Of a stretch of DNA of 64,000 nt, positions 38,389-48,599 are shown piece by piece (the stretch's first letter is position 1; each line of letters opens with the position of its first letter). The notes under the pieces were generated by a model. It searched no databases and was not told where the DNA came from. It saw only the letters and a program-made list of their open reading frames with translations. Source of the stretch: Strigamia acuminata (taxonomy: Eukaryota); the NCBI GenBank assembly GCA_949358305.1, contig OX442314.1:4402001-4466000 (forward strand). The letters run 5' to 3'. A program made the position numbers and the translations under genes.

Positions 38389-40305
38389 ATGGCTTCACGC
38401 GACGCTTTGTCGCAATCCAGTGTTTCGGACGTAGAAGCCGAACAAGCGCATACTTTGCCACTTCCAGACTCACCAACACATGAGCCGGACCAACAGCAGG
38501 AACTACTAGTACAACCAATTTCTACAGACGTGCCATTTTCCAATCCTTGGAGGACATACGCTCAAATGGAAGCGGATCAACTCCAACATGAACGGGAAGC
38601 GGCTGCGGCGCGGGATCAATGGGAGGAAAATAGACGCCATTTGCAGGACTCACTCATGGAAAGAAGTCAAATTGTGGACGGGATGCGAGCGGTTCGAGAA
38701 GACATTCAACGAGGACCGCCGCCTCCCTACCAACCTGCGTTTATGCAACCGGAACCACAACAACATCGAAGGAATCCACCTGCACTGACGATGGAAGCAT
38801 TGATGAGAGTATTACGAGAGGATAGAAGGGAGTTACAACACGAACTTCGCCAGGAGTTGCTCGAATCGATGAGGCAAATTAGGCGCGAGCTGAACGACAG
38901 AGTGGAGGAATTTATCCATTCGCACAACGAGCGAACTCAGCCTGAACCACCAGCACCTGAAGCAGGTTCGGGGGCCACACGTCGTGGTCGAGAGGGCGCT
39001 CGGGGAGCCGATTTTTCTTTTGGAGATACTGGACGTGCATCGGGACCACGACGCACTGGCTCTTATTCTCCGAGACGACGCCAACAACATTCACAACAGG
39101 GAGACACGACTTCCAATGTTCCACGGGACCCACCACCAAATCCTGACCCGGATTCCGCTCAAAGAGGTAGTCAAGGCATACCACTCAGCGCCTCAAGACA
39201 GCAGCCTCACACGAGATCTCAACTCTCGTTGGAGTCGGAAGATCAGCGTCAAGCCGCTCAGGTTGGAAGGTATAAACTTAAAGTTGAAAAAATTCCATAC
39301 TTCGACCCGGATGAAGCTACTTTCGACACAGTGGACTTGTTCCTGGGTAAGCTATATGCGCACATGTTTACCATGGGAGCACCGGAAGGAATATATTTGA
39401 AAGTATACGTGGTTCTCGCGCTCCGAAATAGAGCGCAACGTTGGTGGATGGCTCTAACTCCAAAACCAAACAATTGGGAGGACTTTGAATTAATTTTCAG
39501 GCAGGTATTTTCCATTAATTCAGCTTTAGCTAATGTTAAGTTGTCTCAGCGCAAACAAAAGCCAGGGGAATCAACTATGTCGTTCCTCAGCGAGATGATT
39601 CATTATTTAAATATTGCTGGATACAAGGACAAGGGCTTGCAGTGGGAACGAGTTCAGGGCATGATGCAAACTCAAGTCGTACAATTAATGCGCTCTTGGT
39701 GCATCAGGACGATCGACGACGCAGTCAAAATGGGCAACGACGTCGATAATCGCCTTCAGTTGGATTCGTTGCGGACTTTTGAGTATAAACAGTGCGGAGT
39801 TTCGGACCAAGAGATGCCTTTACCCGCAGGAGTGGGTCCTGCCACACGTACCAGAACAGAGGAGGAGAAGTTAAATCAACAATCTACTTCGTCCAGGTCT
39901 GGTCATTTTTCAAGATTCAACAAAGTATTTACAGCATTGCTCGAGGACATGTTGGCGTGCGCGCTTGATCCAGAGGATCCCAACAGCGAGGAAACCAATA
40001 AGGACCCGCCAAAGGAGTCTGCATCAGCGGCAGCACAAAAGTCTGATGTCCACGCCATGACTGCGACTACTGCGCCAACACCTAGAACGGATACACAGCA
40101 CACATGTCCCAAGGACGTTGTCATTTTTCCAGCCGCTAAAGAAGCGCCTTCAGAGCCAAAGCTCCCGAAGAATGCTATGTGGAGAAAAACACCAACGGAC
40201 AAATGGTTCATGTCTGACAGGCAATCATGGAGGCCTGTGTGCCCCGTTTGTGGCAAGGAATGGAGTCGTCAGTCGGGAAACGCAAGCGGCCTGCTCAAAG
40301 CATGA
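38389..40305 (+). CDS. gag: Element D Gag (638 aa)
   Basis: A..WW...W..F..F and RKQKPGES..F retrotransposon gag motifs; no CCHC knuckle. Confidence 0.9.
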   Translation: MASRDALSQSSVSDVEAEQAHTLPLPDSPTHEPDQQQELLVQPISTDVPFSNPWRTYAQMEADQLQHEREAAAARDQWEENRRHLQDSLMERSQIVDGMRAVREDIQRGPPPPYQPAFMQPEPQQHRRNPPALTMEALMRVLREDRRELQHELRQELLESMRQIRRELNDRVEEFIHSHNERTQPEPPAPEAGSGATRRGREGARGADFSFGDTGRASGPRRTGSYSPRRRQQHSQQGDTTSNVPRDPPPNPDPDSAQRGSQGIPLSASRQQPHTRSQLSLESEDQRQAAQVGRYKLKVEKIPYFDPDEATFDTVDLFLGKLYAHMFTMGAPEGIYLKVYVVLALRNRAQRWWMALTPKPNNWEDFELIFRQVFSINSALANVKLSQRKQKPGESTMSFLSEMIHYLNIAGYKDKGLQWERVQGMMQTQVVQLMRSWCIRTIDDAVKMGNDVDNRLQLDSLRTFEYKQCGVSDQEMPLPAGVGPATRTRTEEEKLNQQSTSSRSGHFSRFNKVFTALLEDMLACALDPEDPNSEETNKDPPKESASAAAQKSDVHAMTATTAPTPRTDTQHTCPKDVVIFPAAKEAPSEPKLPKNAMWRKTPTDKWFMSDRQSWRPVCPVCGKEWSRQSGNASGLLKA

Positions 40306-43300
40306 GTCCAGAGAGCGGGTCGGATATAAACATCAAGGACTCTACTGAGAAGAAGACTGAAGAATCACCAGACATCGATGGAAGTACAAAACCGTCTACT
40401 CCGACACCAGAGGCGCCATCTGCTGTTCGAGAAGACAACAACAAATCATTAACCCCGTCTACGGACATTAAATTAACTACATTAATCAAAACAGATTCAA
40501 GTAAATCAAAATCAAAAATACCCGGTGTCGTAACACCACAACCAACAAAATCAGCGCAACTTTCGTCTGTGAAAGCCAAGGAAACTCCCAAAAAACCAAC
40601 TTCGTTGACGACACAGAGTGAGACGTTGAAAACAAACTTCGTTCTTTTGTCGCCCGAAGAATTGCAAAAATCTGAAGAGCCAATAATCGAAATTACGAAG
40701 ACTGATCGCTTCAACAGAGAAGCACCATACATTAAAATAACATGGGCTAACGTGAGTTTTGTCGCACTTTTGGATTCAGGCGCTCAGACATGTGTAATGT
40801 CAGAATCATTATTTAACAAACTTAAAGCCAATATGGGTTTGGAATTGCTCGAACTTCACGAAACAGTGCGTACAGCGGCCGATGACAAAATTCCAGTTAA
40901 GGGATCTGTTAAACTGTCGGTGCGCGCACCTTTGGCCGTTATTTCTTTCATTTGCTTAATTATACCCAAAACATCAGAGGACCTTCTGCTGGGAAGAGAT
41001 TTCTGCAGAGCGGTTGGTCTGTGCACGGACTTTGAATTGTGCCAGTGGTATTTGAAGGGATCGCCGGAGCGAAGACAATTCATGACTTTAGAACAAGCTA
41101 ACAAGTCAGAATCTGTTCTTTTATTTCCCATCAAGAAGCCCGATGATACAAAGGACAGCGCTAAGGATGTACCCAAGGTAGTAATTAACAACATTAATTG
41201 TATTCTTCTAGAACATCGACCTTTGTCGCAAGAGATTTTCGAATATCCAAATGACGATGCTCAGCACCAAATCAAGAGGATTCGGAATCGTACGCGAGAT
41301 CAATGGTCATTGATATGGTCACCAAAGAGGAAGGATTCCATTAAAAAATCAAGAAAATTCAATTCATCATTGTTTTCGACGCTTAGTCAACGCAGACGTG
41401 CAAGACGACAGCGAAGACGCCTTTATGAATTGTCACCAACAATAAAACAACTTAACACGCAGGGAAGACAGCTTTTGCGTCGTGTGGATGAAAATGCGCT
41501 CATGGCCAGAGTACACGATCATTCGACGATTTCGGAGCTGCCTTTGGATGTTAATGTACTACAATATCAACCAAGCAGTGATCCAACACAACTGGATTGG
41601 ATTTACGACCAGCTGTGGTCATCATTGACGGTACCCCAAATTCGTTTATTAATTCAGACTCTTCGACCAATTTCGAAAGTATTTCGCGAGGAGGTTGGAT
41701 TATGCAACAACACTCAGTTTGAAGTAAATTTAAAACCGGACTTTAGACCAATTCATGTGCCTGTAAGACCCGTTAACCCAGCAAAAAAGATGGTGATTGA
41801 CGCTTATTTGGACCAAAAACTAAAACAAGGCATTATTCGTCGATCAAAAAGTGATTGTGCGGTGGCGCCTGTTGTTGTTCCAAAGAAAACTGGAGACTGG
41901 CGTACAGCTATGGATTTTAGACCGATGAATGCTCAAACTTTACCAGATGTCTACCCATTACCCGACATCGATAATATATTTTCCTATTTAGGAGGATCAA
42001 ATTGGTTTTCGATCATAGATGGACGAGAAGCTTTCCACCAGATTGGAGTGCGTCCAGGTGACGAGAGATTTCTCGCATTTATTACGCACAGAGGACTTTT
42101 CGAGTATGTGAGAATGCCGTTTGGACCCATTAATGGCCCAGCAACTCTGCAGAGAGCCATGAACAAAACTTTGTCGAAATATCTTTACAAGTTCGTGTTC
42201 GTTTATCTCGATGACGTCATAATTTTCAGCAAGACTTTCGAGGAGCATGTGCAACATCTCAAAATAATTCTTCAAGCCTTGGATGAAGCGGGATTCACGA
42301 TGAACGCCAACAAGACGGAATTGTGCAGAACATCGCTCGAAGTTTTAGGACACATTGTGGAGGCTGGACACATTAAACCAAATCCAAATAAGGTGACGGC
42401 AATTCAATATTTTCCGGCGCCTACCAACATCAAAGAATTACAAAGATTCAAAGGAATGATTGGTTATTATCAGTCATTTTTTCCAAATTATTCAAAAACA
42501 TGCGAGGTGTTTCGCCCTTTACTCAAAAAAGATTCTGAGTGGAATTGGACGATCCAACACCAAGAAGCATTTAATTCACTCAAGAGAGGACTGGCTGAAC
42601 CAACTCTACATCGAAGATTCCCGGATTGGACCAAGCCATATATACTACAAACAGACGCCAGCTATTCAGGTTTGGGCGCTGCACTCATGCAATTAAATGA
42701 TCAGGGTGAACGAACACCAATCGCCTTTGCATCACGTGCATTGAATTCTGCTGAAAAGAATTACAGCGTCACCGAAATTGAGTGCTTAGCGGCGGTTTGG
42801 GCGGTCAAGAGATTTCGTGTGTATCTTGAGATGATGAATTTTTATTTAGAAAGCGATCATTTGTCGTTAAAGTGGCTTTTCCAGCAGCGAGAACCAAAAG
42901 GACGCCTGGCACGATGGGTTCTGTCCCTCAGTGAGTACAGATTTACATTTCTTTACTGTTCAGGAGCACAGAATCGTGTTGCGGATGCCCTTAGCCGTGC
43001 GCCTGTGGAACCATCGGAGCCATTGGATGCAGACGACTCGCCTCTCGTTGATGAAACATGCTACATCGCCTATTTTGACGACCCAAATGATTGGCCAAAA
43101 TTACCAATAATCAACATTATTGGAGTTGGATTGGCTGCGGCACAACAACGAAATAACGCAGCTGTGATGACAAGAGCGCAAAAACGACAACAACAAATTA
43201 AACCAAAATTGGGCAGGCCAAAAGGTTCTAAAAATAAGAAGAGACCGCCACCAAATTATCAGGTATTAACTCGAGCCAGGGCACGTCAGCAAGCGCAAGT

Positions 43301-45047
43301 TTCGACGCCTCCTGGGGCTGTTGCACCATTGCCACCTTTGATGTCGCCTCTGCCATCGCCAAATGTGCCGACTGCATCATTTCCGACCCCTAATATGTTG
43401 AGCCCACCTGCAGGACCATCTGGAGCTGCGCGACCGAATTATGACGGATATGGAGGTCCGGATTCGGATTCGTCGGACGATTCGACAACTTATCGACCAG
43501 CATGGATGGGACGTGCAGGATTTATGCCACAGCAAGTGCGTCAAGATCGATCACAATTTCAAAGAAATGCGACGAGACGCCCTGTTGCTGATGAACAACA
43601 AGACGAAGAAGAGGACGAGGCCGAGCGACTCCATGAGGCGCCGCAAGACCACCAACCATTTCGTCTAATACCAACTATTAACGAAATAATTCGTCGACAA
43701 CACGAAGACACGTGGAGCGCCGAATTAATCGAATATCTTGATCAAGGACATTTGCCCAATGACCAAGTACAAGCAGCGCGTATCAGGTATCGTGCCGTAG
43801 ATTTTGCTATTTATAAGGGAATGTTATGTCGTTATCCACCGATCGACATAAACAAAATTCGCCGTAGAAGACAAATCTATTTGCCCCTAGTGTTACGCGA
43901 ACAATATTTCAAAGCTCTGCATTACCCGCCGAGCTGCGGACATTTAGGAGTTGAGAAAACACTTCATCGACTCCGGGCCCGAGTTTATTGGCCAAAAATG
44001 AAAGAGGACGTCTTGCTTTGGATTCAAAAATGTGAACCATGTCAACGGGCCAAGCCGTTGAATCGCCTCCCATATGGACCAATGATCATGGCCAAACCAC
44101 GACATTTGTTTCACACAATTTACATCGATTATTATGGTAAAAAGCCCCGATCGATTGGAGGACATTGTTACGCATTAGTAATTGTGGATGCCGCCAGTCG
44201 GTGGTTAGATGTAAGATTGACCGAGACATCTGACTGGAAAACAACAATCAAACAATTGCAAGGATTTATTCAGCGATGGGCATTTCCAAAAGTTATTATA
44301 AGTGACAATGCGCCAGCTTTCCGTTCAATGGAATTCCAGGCTGCATGTCAGAGTTTTGGCGCCATCAATCGCTACACGGCTGTTTATCATCCACAGGGGA
44401 ACTTAGCCGAAAGATTAAACCAAGCATTAAAAAACTGCATTTTGGCATATATTGAAGAGCATGTGCGCTGGGACGTTCACATTGGATATTTTGTGCTAGC
44501 AATCAACTCAGCATATCAAGCTTCGCTTCAATATTCTCCTTATCAAATGGTGACGGGACAGGAGGCGCGTTATCCAGGTGATTTCGATTCGGACACCGAC
44601 GATGGACAGCCGCTGCCACCAGCACGAGCGCGAGAGACGCATGAATTGATGAGAGAATTGCGAAATAATGCCACTGCAAATTTACAAAGAGCTCAAATTA
44701 GACATGAACGTTGGTTCGATCGAAAAAGAAGACCACATGATTTCAAACCAGGCGATTTTGTGTCTATTAAAAATCGACAATTGTCATCAGCGGACCGACA
44801 GTTTGCTGCAGGACTTCGACAGAGGACGGAAGGCGTTTACGTAATCCATAAATTAACTGGACCCAACACTGTCATTCTTATGGACAAGGATGGTCGTCGA
44901 ATGCTGCCGTATAACGTCGTGGAATTGCGCCATTGGTTCAACAATGATGATGATCTAGACCAAACAGACGCAACAATGATCGAAAAACATGTTGCTGCGT
45001 TTACATCGGAAATTGAAACCATCATCGCTTCATTTTCGATAAAATAA
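40275..45047 (+). CDS. pol: Element D Pol (PR-RT-RNase H-IN), probably via -1 frameshift at G GGA AAC (40275-40281)
   Basis: LLDSGA, YLDD, QTDASYSGLGA, H..GH..CEPC, SDN, AER; uninterrupted 1606-codon frame, -1 relative to gag. Confidence 0.95.
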   Translation, partial: GKRKRPAQSMSPESGSDINIKDSTEKKTEESPDIDGSTKPSTPTPEAPSAVREDNNKSLTPSTDIKLTTLIKTDSSKSKSKIPGVVTPQPTKSAQLSSVKAKETPKKPTSLTTQSETLKTNFVLLSPEELQKSEEPIIEITKTDRFNREAPYIKITWANVSFVALLDSGAQTCVMSESLFNKLKANMGLELLELHETVRTAADDKIPVKGSVKLSVRAPLAVISFICLIIPKTSEDLLLGRDFCRAVGLCTDFELCQWYLKGSPERRQFMTLEQANKSESVLLFPIKKPDDTKDSAKDVPKVVINNINCILLEHRPLSQEIFEYPNDDAQHQIKRIRNRTRDQWSLIWSPKRKDSIKKSRKFNSSLFSTLSQRRRARRQRRRLYELSPTIKQLNTQGRQLLRRVDENALMARVHDHSTISELPLDVNVLQYQPSSDPTQLDWIYDQLWSSLTVPQIRLLIQTLRPISKVFREEVGLCNNTQFEVNLKPDFRPIHVPVRPVNPAKKMVIDAYLDQKLKQGIIRRSKSDCAVAPVVVPKKTGDWRTAMDFRPMNAQTLPDVYPLPDIDNIFSYLGGSNWFSIIDGREAFHQIGVRPGDERFLAFITHRGLFEYVRMPFGPINGPATLQRAMNKTLSKYLYKFVFVYLDDVIIFSKTFEEHVQHLKIILQALDEAGFTMNANKTELCRTSLEVLGHIVEAGHIKPNPNKVTAIQYFPAPTNIKELQRFKGMIGYYQSFFPNYSKTCEVFRPLLKKDSEWNWTIQHQEAFNSLKRGLAEPTLHRRFPDWTKPYILQTDASYSGLGAALMQLNDQGERTPIAFASRALNSAEKNYSVTEIECLAAVWAVKRFRVYLEMMNFYLESDHLSLKWLFQQREPKGRLARWVLSLSEYRFTFLYCSGAQNRVADALSRAPVEPSEPLDADDSPLVDETCYIAYFDDPNDWPKLPIINIIGVGLAAAQQRNNAAVMTRAQKRQQQIKPKLGRPKGSKNKKRPPPNYQVLTRARARQQAQVSTPPGAVAPLPPLMSPLPSPNVPTASFPTPNMLSPPAGPSGAARPNYDGYGGPDSDSSDDSTTYRPAWMGRAGFMPQQVRQDRSQFQRNATRRPVADEQQDEEEDEAERLHEAPQDHQPFRLIPTINEIIRRQHEDTWSAELIEYLDQGHLPNDQVQAARIRYRAVDFAIYKGMLCRYPPIDINKIRRRRQIYLPLVLREQYFKALHYPPSCGHLGVEKTLHRLRARVYWPKMKEDVLLWIQKCEPCQRAKPLNRLPYGPMIMAKPRHLFHTIYIDYYGKKPRSIGGHCYALVIVDAASRWLDVRLTETSDWKTTIKQLQGFIQRWAFPKVIISDNAPAFRSMEFQAACQSFGAINRYTAVYHPQGNLAERLNQALKNCILAYIEEHVRWDVHIGYFVLAINSAYQASLQYSPYQMVTGQEARYPGDFDSDTDDGQPLPPARARETHELMRELRNNATANLQRAQIRHERWFDRKRRPHDFKPGDFVSIKNRQLSSADRQFAAGLRQRTEGVYVIHKLTGPNTVILMDKDGRRMLPYNVVELRHWFNNDDDLDQTDATMIEKHVAAFTSEIETIIASFSIK

Positions 45048-45577
45048 CTTAATTTCTTTTTATTTTATAATTTTATTTCTTTCTTTACTTTACCCAACCT
45101 TCTTTCCTTCTTGTGTTTATAATTTTCCCTGCTTTAAACCAAATATTTACGGAGGATAGACGCTGAAAATAGTAAGTAAAGATTAGTTTAGGAATTTGAA
45201 ATTCATCAATTTAAAATGATGATACAAAAATTTACTAAGTCCAAACTCATGCTTCTTCGAAGTGCGTGATTAAATCTCGTTCACGCGAGAGGTCCGTGTC
45301 ATATTTTATGACGAGGCGACCCCGTAGCGAGACCGCGTGTATTAAAGACATGTGAGGGCACGACTTAGCCACATTTTAATTTGCGTCTGAATAGTCGCGC
45401 CTCAAAAACCTAACAATCATTTAAATTGGATGAATATTGTTAGAAACTGTGCGTCTATCACCCGTAAGTACTTTCTATTTCACAACAATTCATTTTTAAT
45501 TGAATATTTTCGTTAAAATAACTTTTTCTTTCTGGAAAATTTCCATTTCTTTTAGTTTCACTTTACGATAATTAATT

Positions 45578-48451
45578 ATGGCGTCCTACGATCCAAAAGT
45601 AACAATTACGATTCCAAAACCAACCCAAAAAGGCTATCCAAAATACCTGCCGATGCCACCAATTGAAGCGTCGGGCGAAGGACTGGTGCCACGCTTTCAC
45701 CCGGACCACCCAAACGACCAAAGTTTTCCAAATTATGAACTGTGTCCAGTTTGTAGTGGTACAGGATTTGAAATTTACCAACTGCGGGCGCCACGAGAAT
45801 GCCGAGCGTGTCGGGGCGGCGGTGACTTGCGCCGTTGCAAATTTAGGAAATGGATGCGCCTCATGTTCGCTTATGTACTTGGTTATGAGTCGATAGATAA
45901 AACTTTGTTGGCTGGAGTGGATTTTCCGCCGCCGAGGATTCCATTCGGCAGTGCAAACGCCATCGCTCGTTTTCGTCATGCACACGCGTCATATTTGGCA
46001 CGCATAAAGCAATTGGCGAAGGAGAAGGGAATCCGGCCGTTGACTTGAAAATATCCAGAGGGAGCCTACATAATTGCCGGCGAGCAACCTGCCGAGCTTC
46101 CGGACCAGTTTGTGACGCCTGAAGGAAAGACCTACGATGTGGAATCGGGCATAGAACTGTGTTTGACGGCGCCTAATGTAATCGCGGATGCGAAAAGAGC
46201 GTATTCGGAGCCGGAGAGAGTTGCGGCAGACTTGCCATTTCAACATTCAAATCTGCGCCCACGACATACGTACGAGGAGCGAAGCACGCATCGTTTGAAA
46301 GAGTACACGCAGAAAGTAACAAAGAGAATTGGAGCGGAGGCGAACCGGGACACTCACTTCGTGACGGGACGATCCGGACCAACATCGAGCGCATCTTCGA
46401 TTATAGTCGAGGAAGATGGAGCGGTTGGAGGAGCGCCTGCCGCCTTGCCTGTCGTTAAACCAACAGAAGAGCTTTCGTTGGGCGATCAAGTGATTAAAAA
46501 GGTAAAGAAGAATGAAGAAAACAGAAGAGAGAGAGAGAAAATTAGTAATATCAACACGATGTCGACCCCGATCATCAAAACGGAATCGAGTGTGACGGCG
46601 GCGGAGGCGAAGTTAACCAACGTTACAACGGTGACCACTGCTGCGCCGATCGTCATTCCTTATTTTTATGTCGTAAAAAACAAATCATCTTTGATTGAGA
46701 CGTCTGAATCGAGCCAGACTGCCCGACCTGTCGATGTCACCACTGTGACTCAATCGAATGTGACGCCCAAGATGATGACTTCAGTTGCTGCGACATCGGT
46801 GCCGATTACGTACTCCAAAATTGCAACTTCGAACACACAAATGGACACAATTGCTGATTTTAACAAAAAACTAATTAAAACTGATTTTTCCCCACAGGTT
46901 GACCGAGATATTAAGGCGTTGCTGAACTTCACACCGTCTTCGTCCATCGCGAATATCGCTGCCGAGATTGCGAGAGATGCGGAGGAATGCGCAAAGATCC
47001 ACGACGTCAAGAAATTGGAGAGCAAGATTTCTAATCCAATTGCTAAGGCCATTTCAGCGGTCTCGAGCGGATCGACGTCGTCGGAAGGATGCGCGTCTCT
47101 GAAGCCACGATATCTCCAGGGATTCGACCGAAACGGATGTACGATGCGCCCGGACCGTATTTTCACTCAGATGTCTGAAATATTCCGGCGCCACGAGCTT
47201 GAGATACTGTACCCCATGGAGAACAGGGGTCAAGGACGAATCAACCTGAGATCGGAGGGATGGAACGAACTTTTTAAGATGTCGATTAATTTGGATTTCA
47301 ACGTCAGCGCCTCGGACTTCAAGACGGTCGTCGGAACGATTTTCGGGCGCCTCGGAAACATCGCGAAGGAAATAGAGGCAAAGATGACAAAAGACTGTAC
47401 CGGAGACGAGCACGCGGTGCAGCACATCATCGTGCACGCCGTGCATTTTAATTTGAAGGAAATCATCACCCAAATGCATCAGAGTCGTCGCGACGCCGTT
47501 AAACGATTTCGAGAGGCCGACGCGCTCAAGGAGGCCCAGCGACTGGAGGACGAGAGAAATGCGCCCGCCAAACCACCGCTGGATCCGGAATTGATCATGA
47601 CGGAGGATGAAATTAAGAACTTTTCAGAGAAGATTCTCATCGAACTGGCGCCTGAGAAATTGGTGCAACAATTCGAGGATGCGATTGCTGAGAATCCAAA
47701 ACTGGCGGATCCCCGAACCAAATATTCGTTCAGATACGATCCCGTAATTGTGGCGGACACCGGAAAACTCGCCTCGGAGTTATCATCGGATATGGGTTCC
47801 TCGATGTCGGATGTCGAGTCGCTTCGCGAATCAACGGGCGACGAGGAGAACCACAAGGCATTCCTGGCGGCGCAAGAACACAACAAGATTGAGGTAATTC
47901 AGGCCGACGAGCCCTTCAGACTTCCTGGAGTTGGACGGGGCGGTGCAAAGGCTGGACGTCGATCGCCGTTAATGTCAAAGATGCCTAAGATGATTTTGAC
48001 ACCGCCAAAGGAGAGTGACGACAGTGCAAGTGAGGTTGTCACACGTGAGAGTCTGCGTGAACCACCACAGCCCAAGGAAAAACGTCTCGTGGAGCCGACT
48101 TGCGCATTGGCAATCATGGAGGAAATCATCCCGATTGACGAGATTATTTATTCGCTTCCATGGGAACCAACTGTTAAATTGGTCGTGGATTGGAAGATTT
48201 TGTCACGCCTTTTCGAGACGATTATATTCTCGGACCTTCACCTGGACCACACCAAGGGAGAAAAGGTGTTGGCCGACCTTAAACAATATTATATTGAACA
48301 TTTCCTTTACCGAGTGAACCGAATTAGCCGGAAGTGCTACGCGACTTCTAAGCAACAGGTGAGAGTGATCCTCGTGAAAACAGCGCTTAGATTGATTTAT
48401 TGTGCGATCGACGGTTCTGGCCCATCTGCATTTATGGATGGCAACGTCTAA
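45578..48451 (+). CDS. Element D ORF3: 156-aa Zn-finger part and 779-aa part in the same frame, separated by one TGA (46046-46048)
   Basis: CPVCSGTG..CRACRGGG; frame open from 46049 to 48451; preceded by GTAAGT..TTTTAG intron 45464-45555. Confidence 0.75.
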
Positions 48452-48599
48452 AAGATTGTATTTGAAAACCTACAGTGACTTTGCGCCTTCTAAAAACCCA
48501 TATACGAACTGTTGTGTGTGTGAACTTTATTGTGATAATTGTGATACAAACGATAAGTGTTATAATTGTTTAAAATGTGATTGTTATGCGCCTCGATGA
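48438..48599 (+). CDS. Small Cys-rich ORF (53 aa) overlapping the end of D ORF3
   Basis: CCVCELYCDNCDTNDKCYNCLKCDC. Confidence 0.4.
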   Translation: MATSKRLYLKTYSDFAPSKNPYTNCCVCELYCDNCDTNDKCYNCLKCDCYAPR

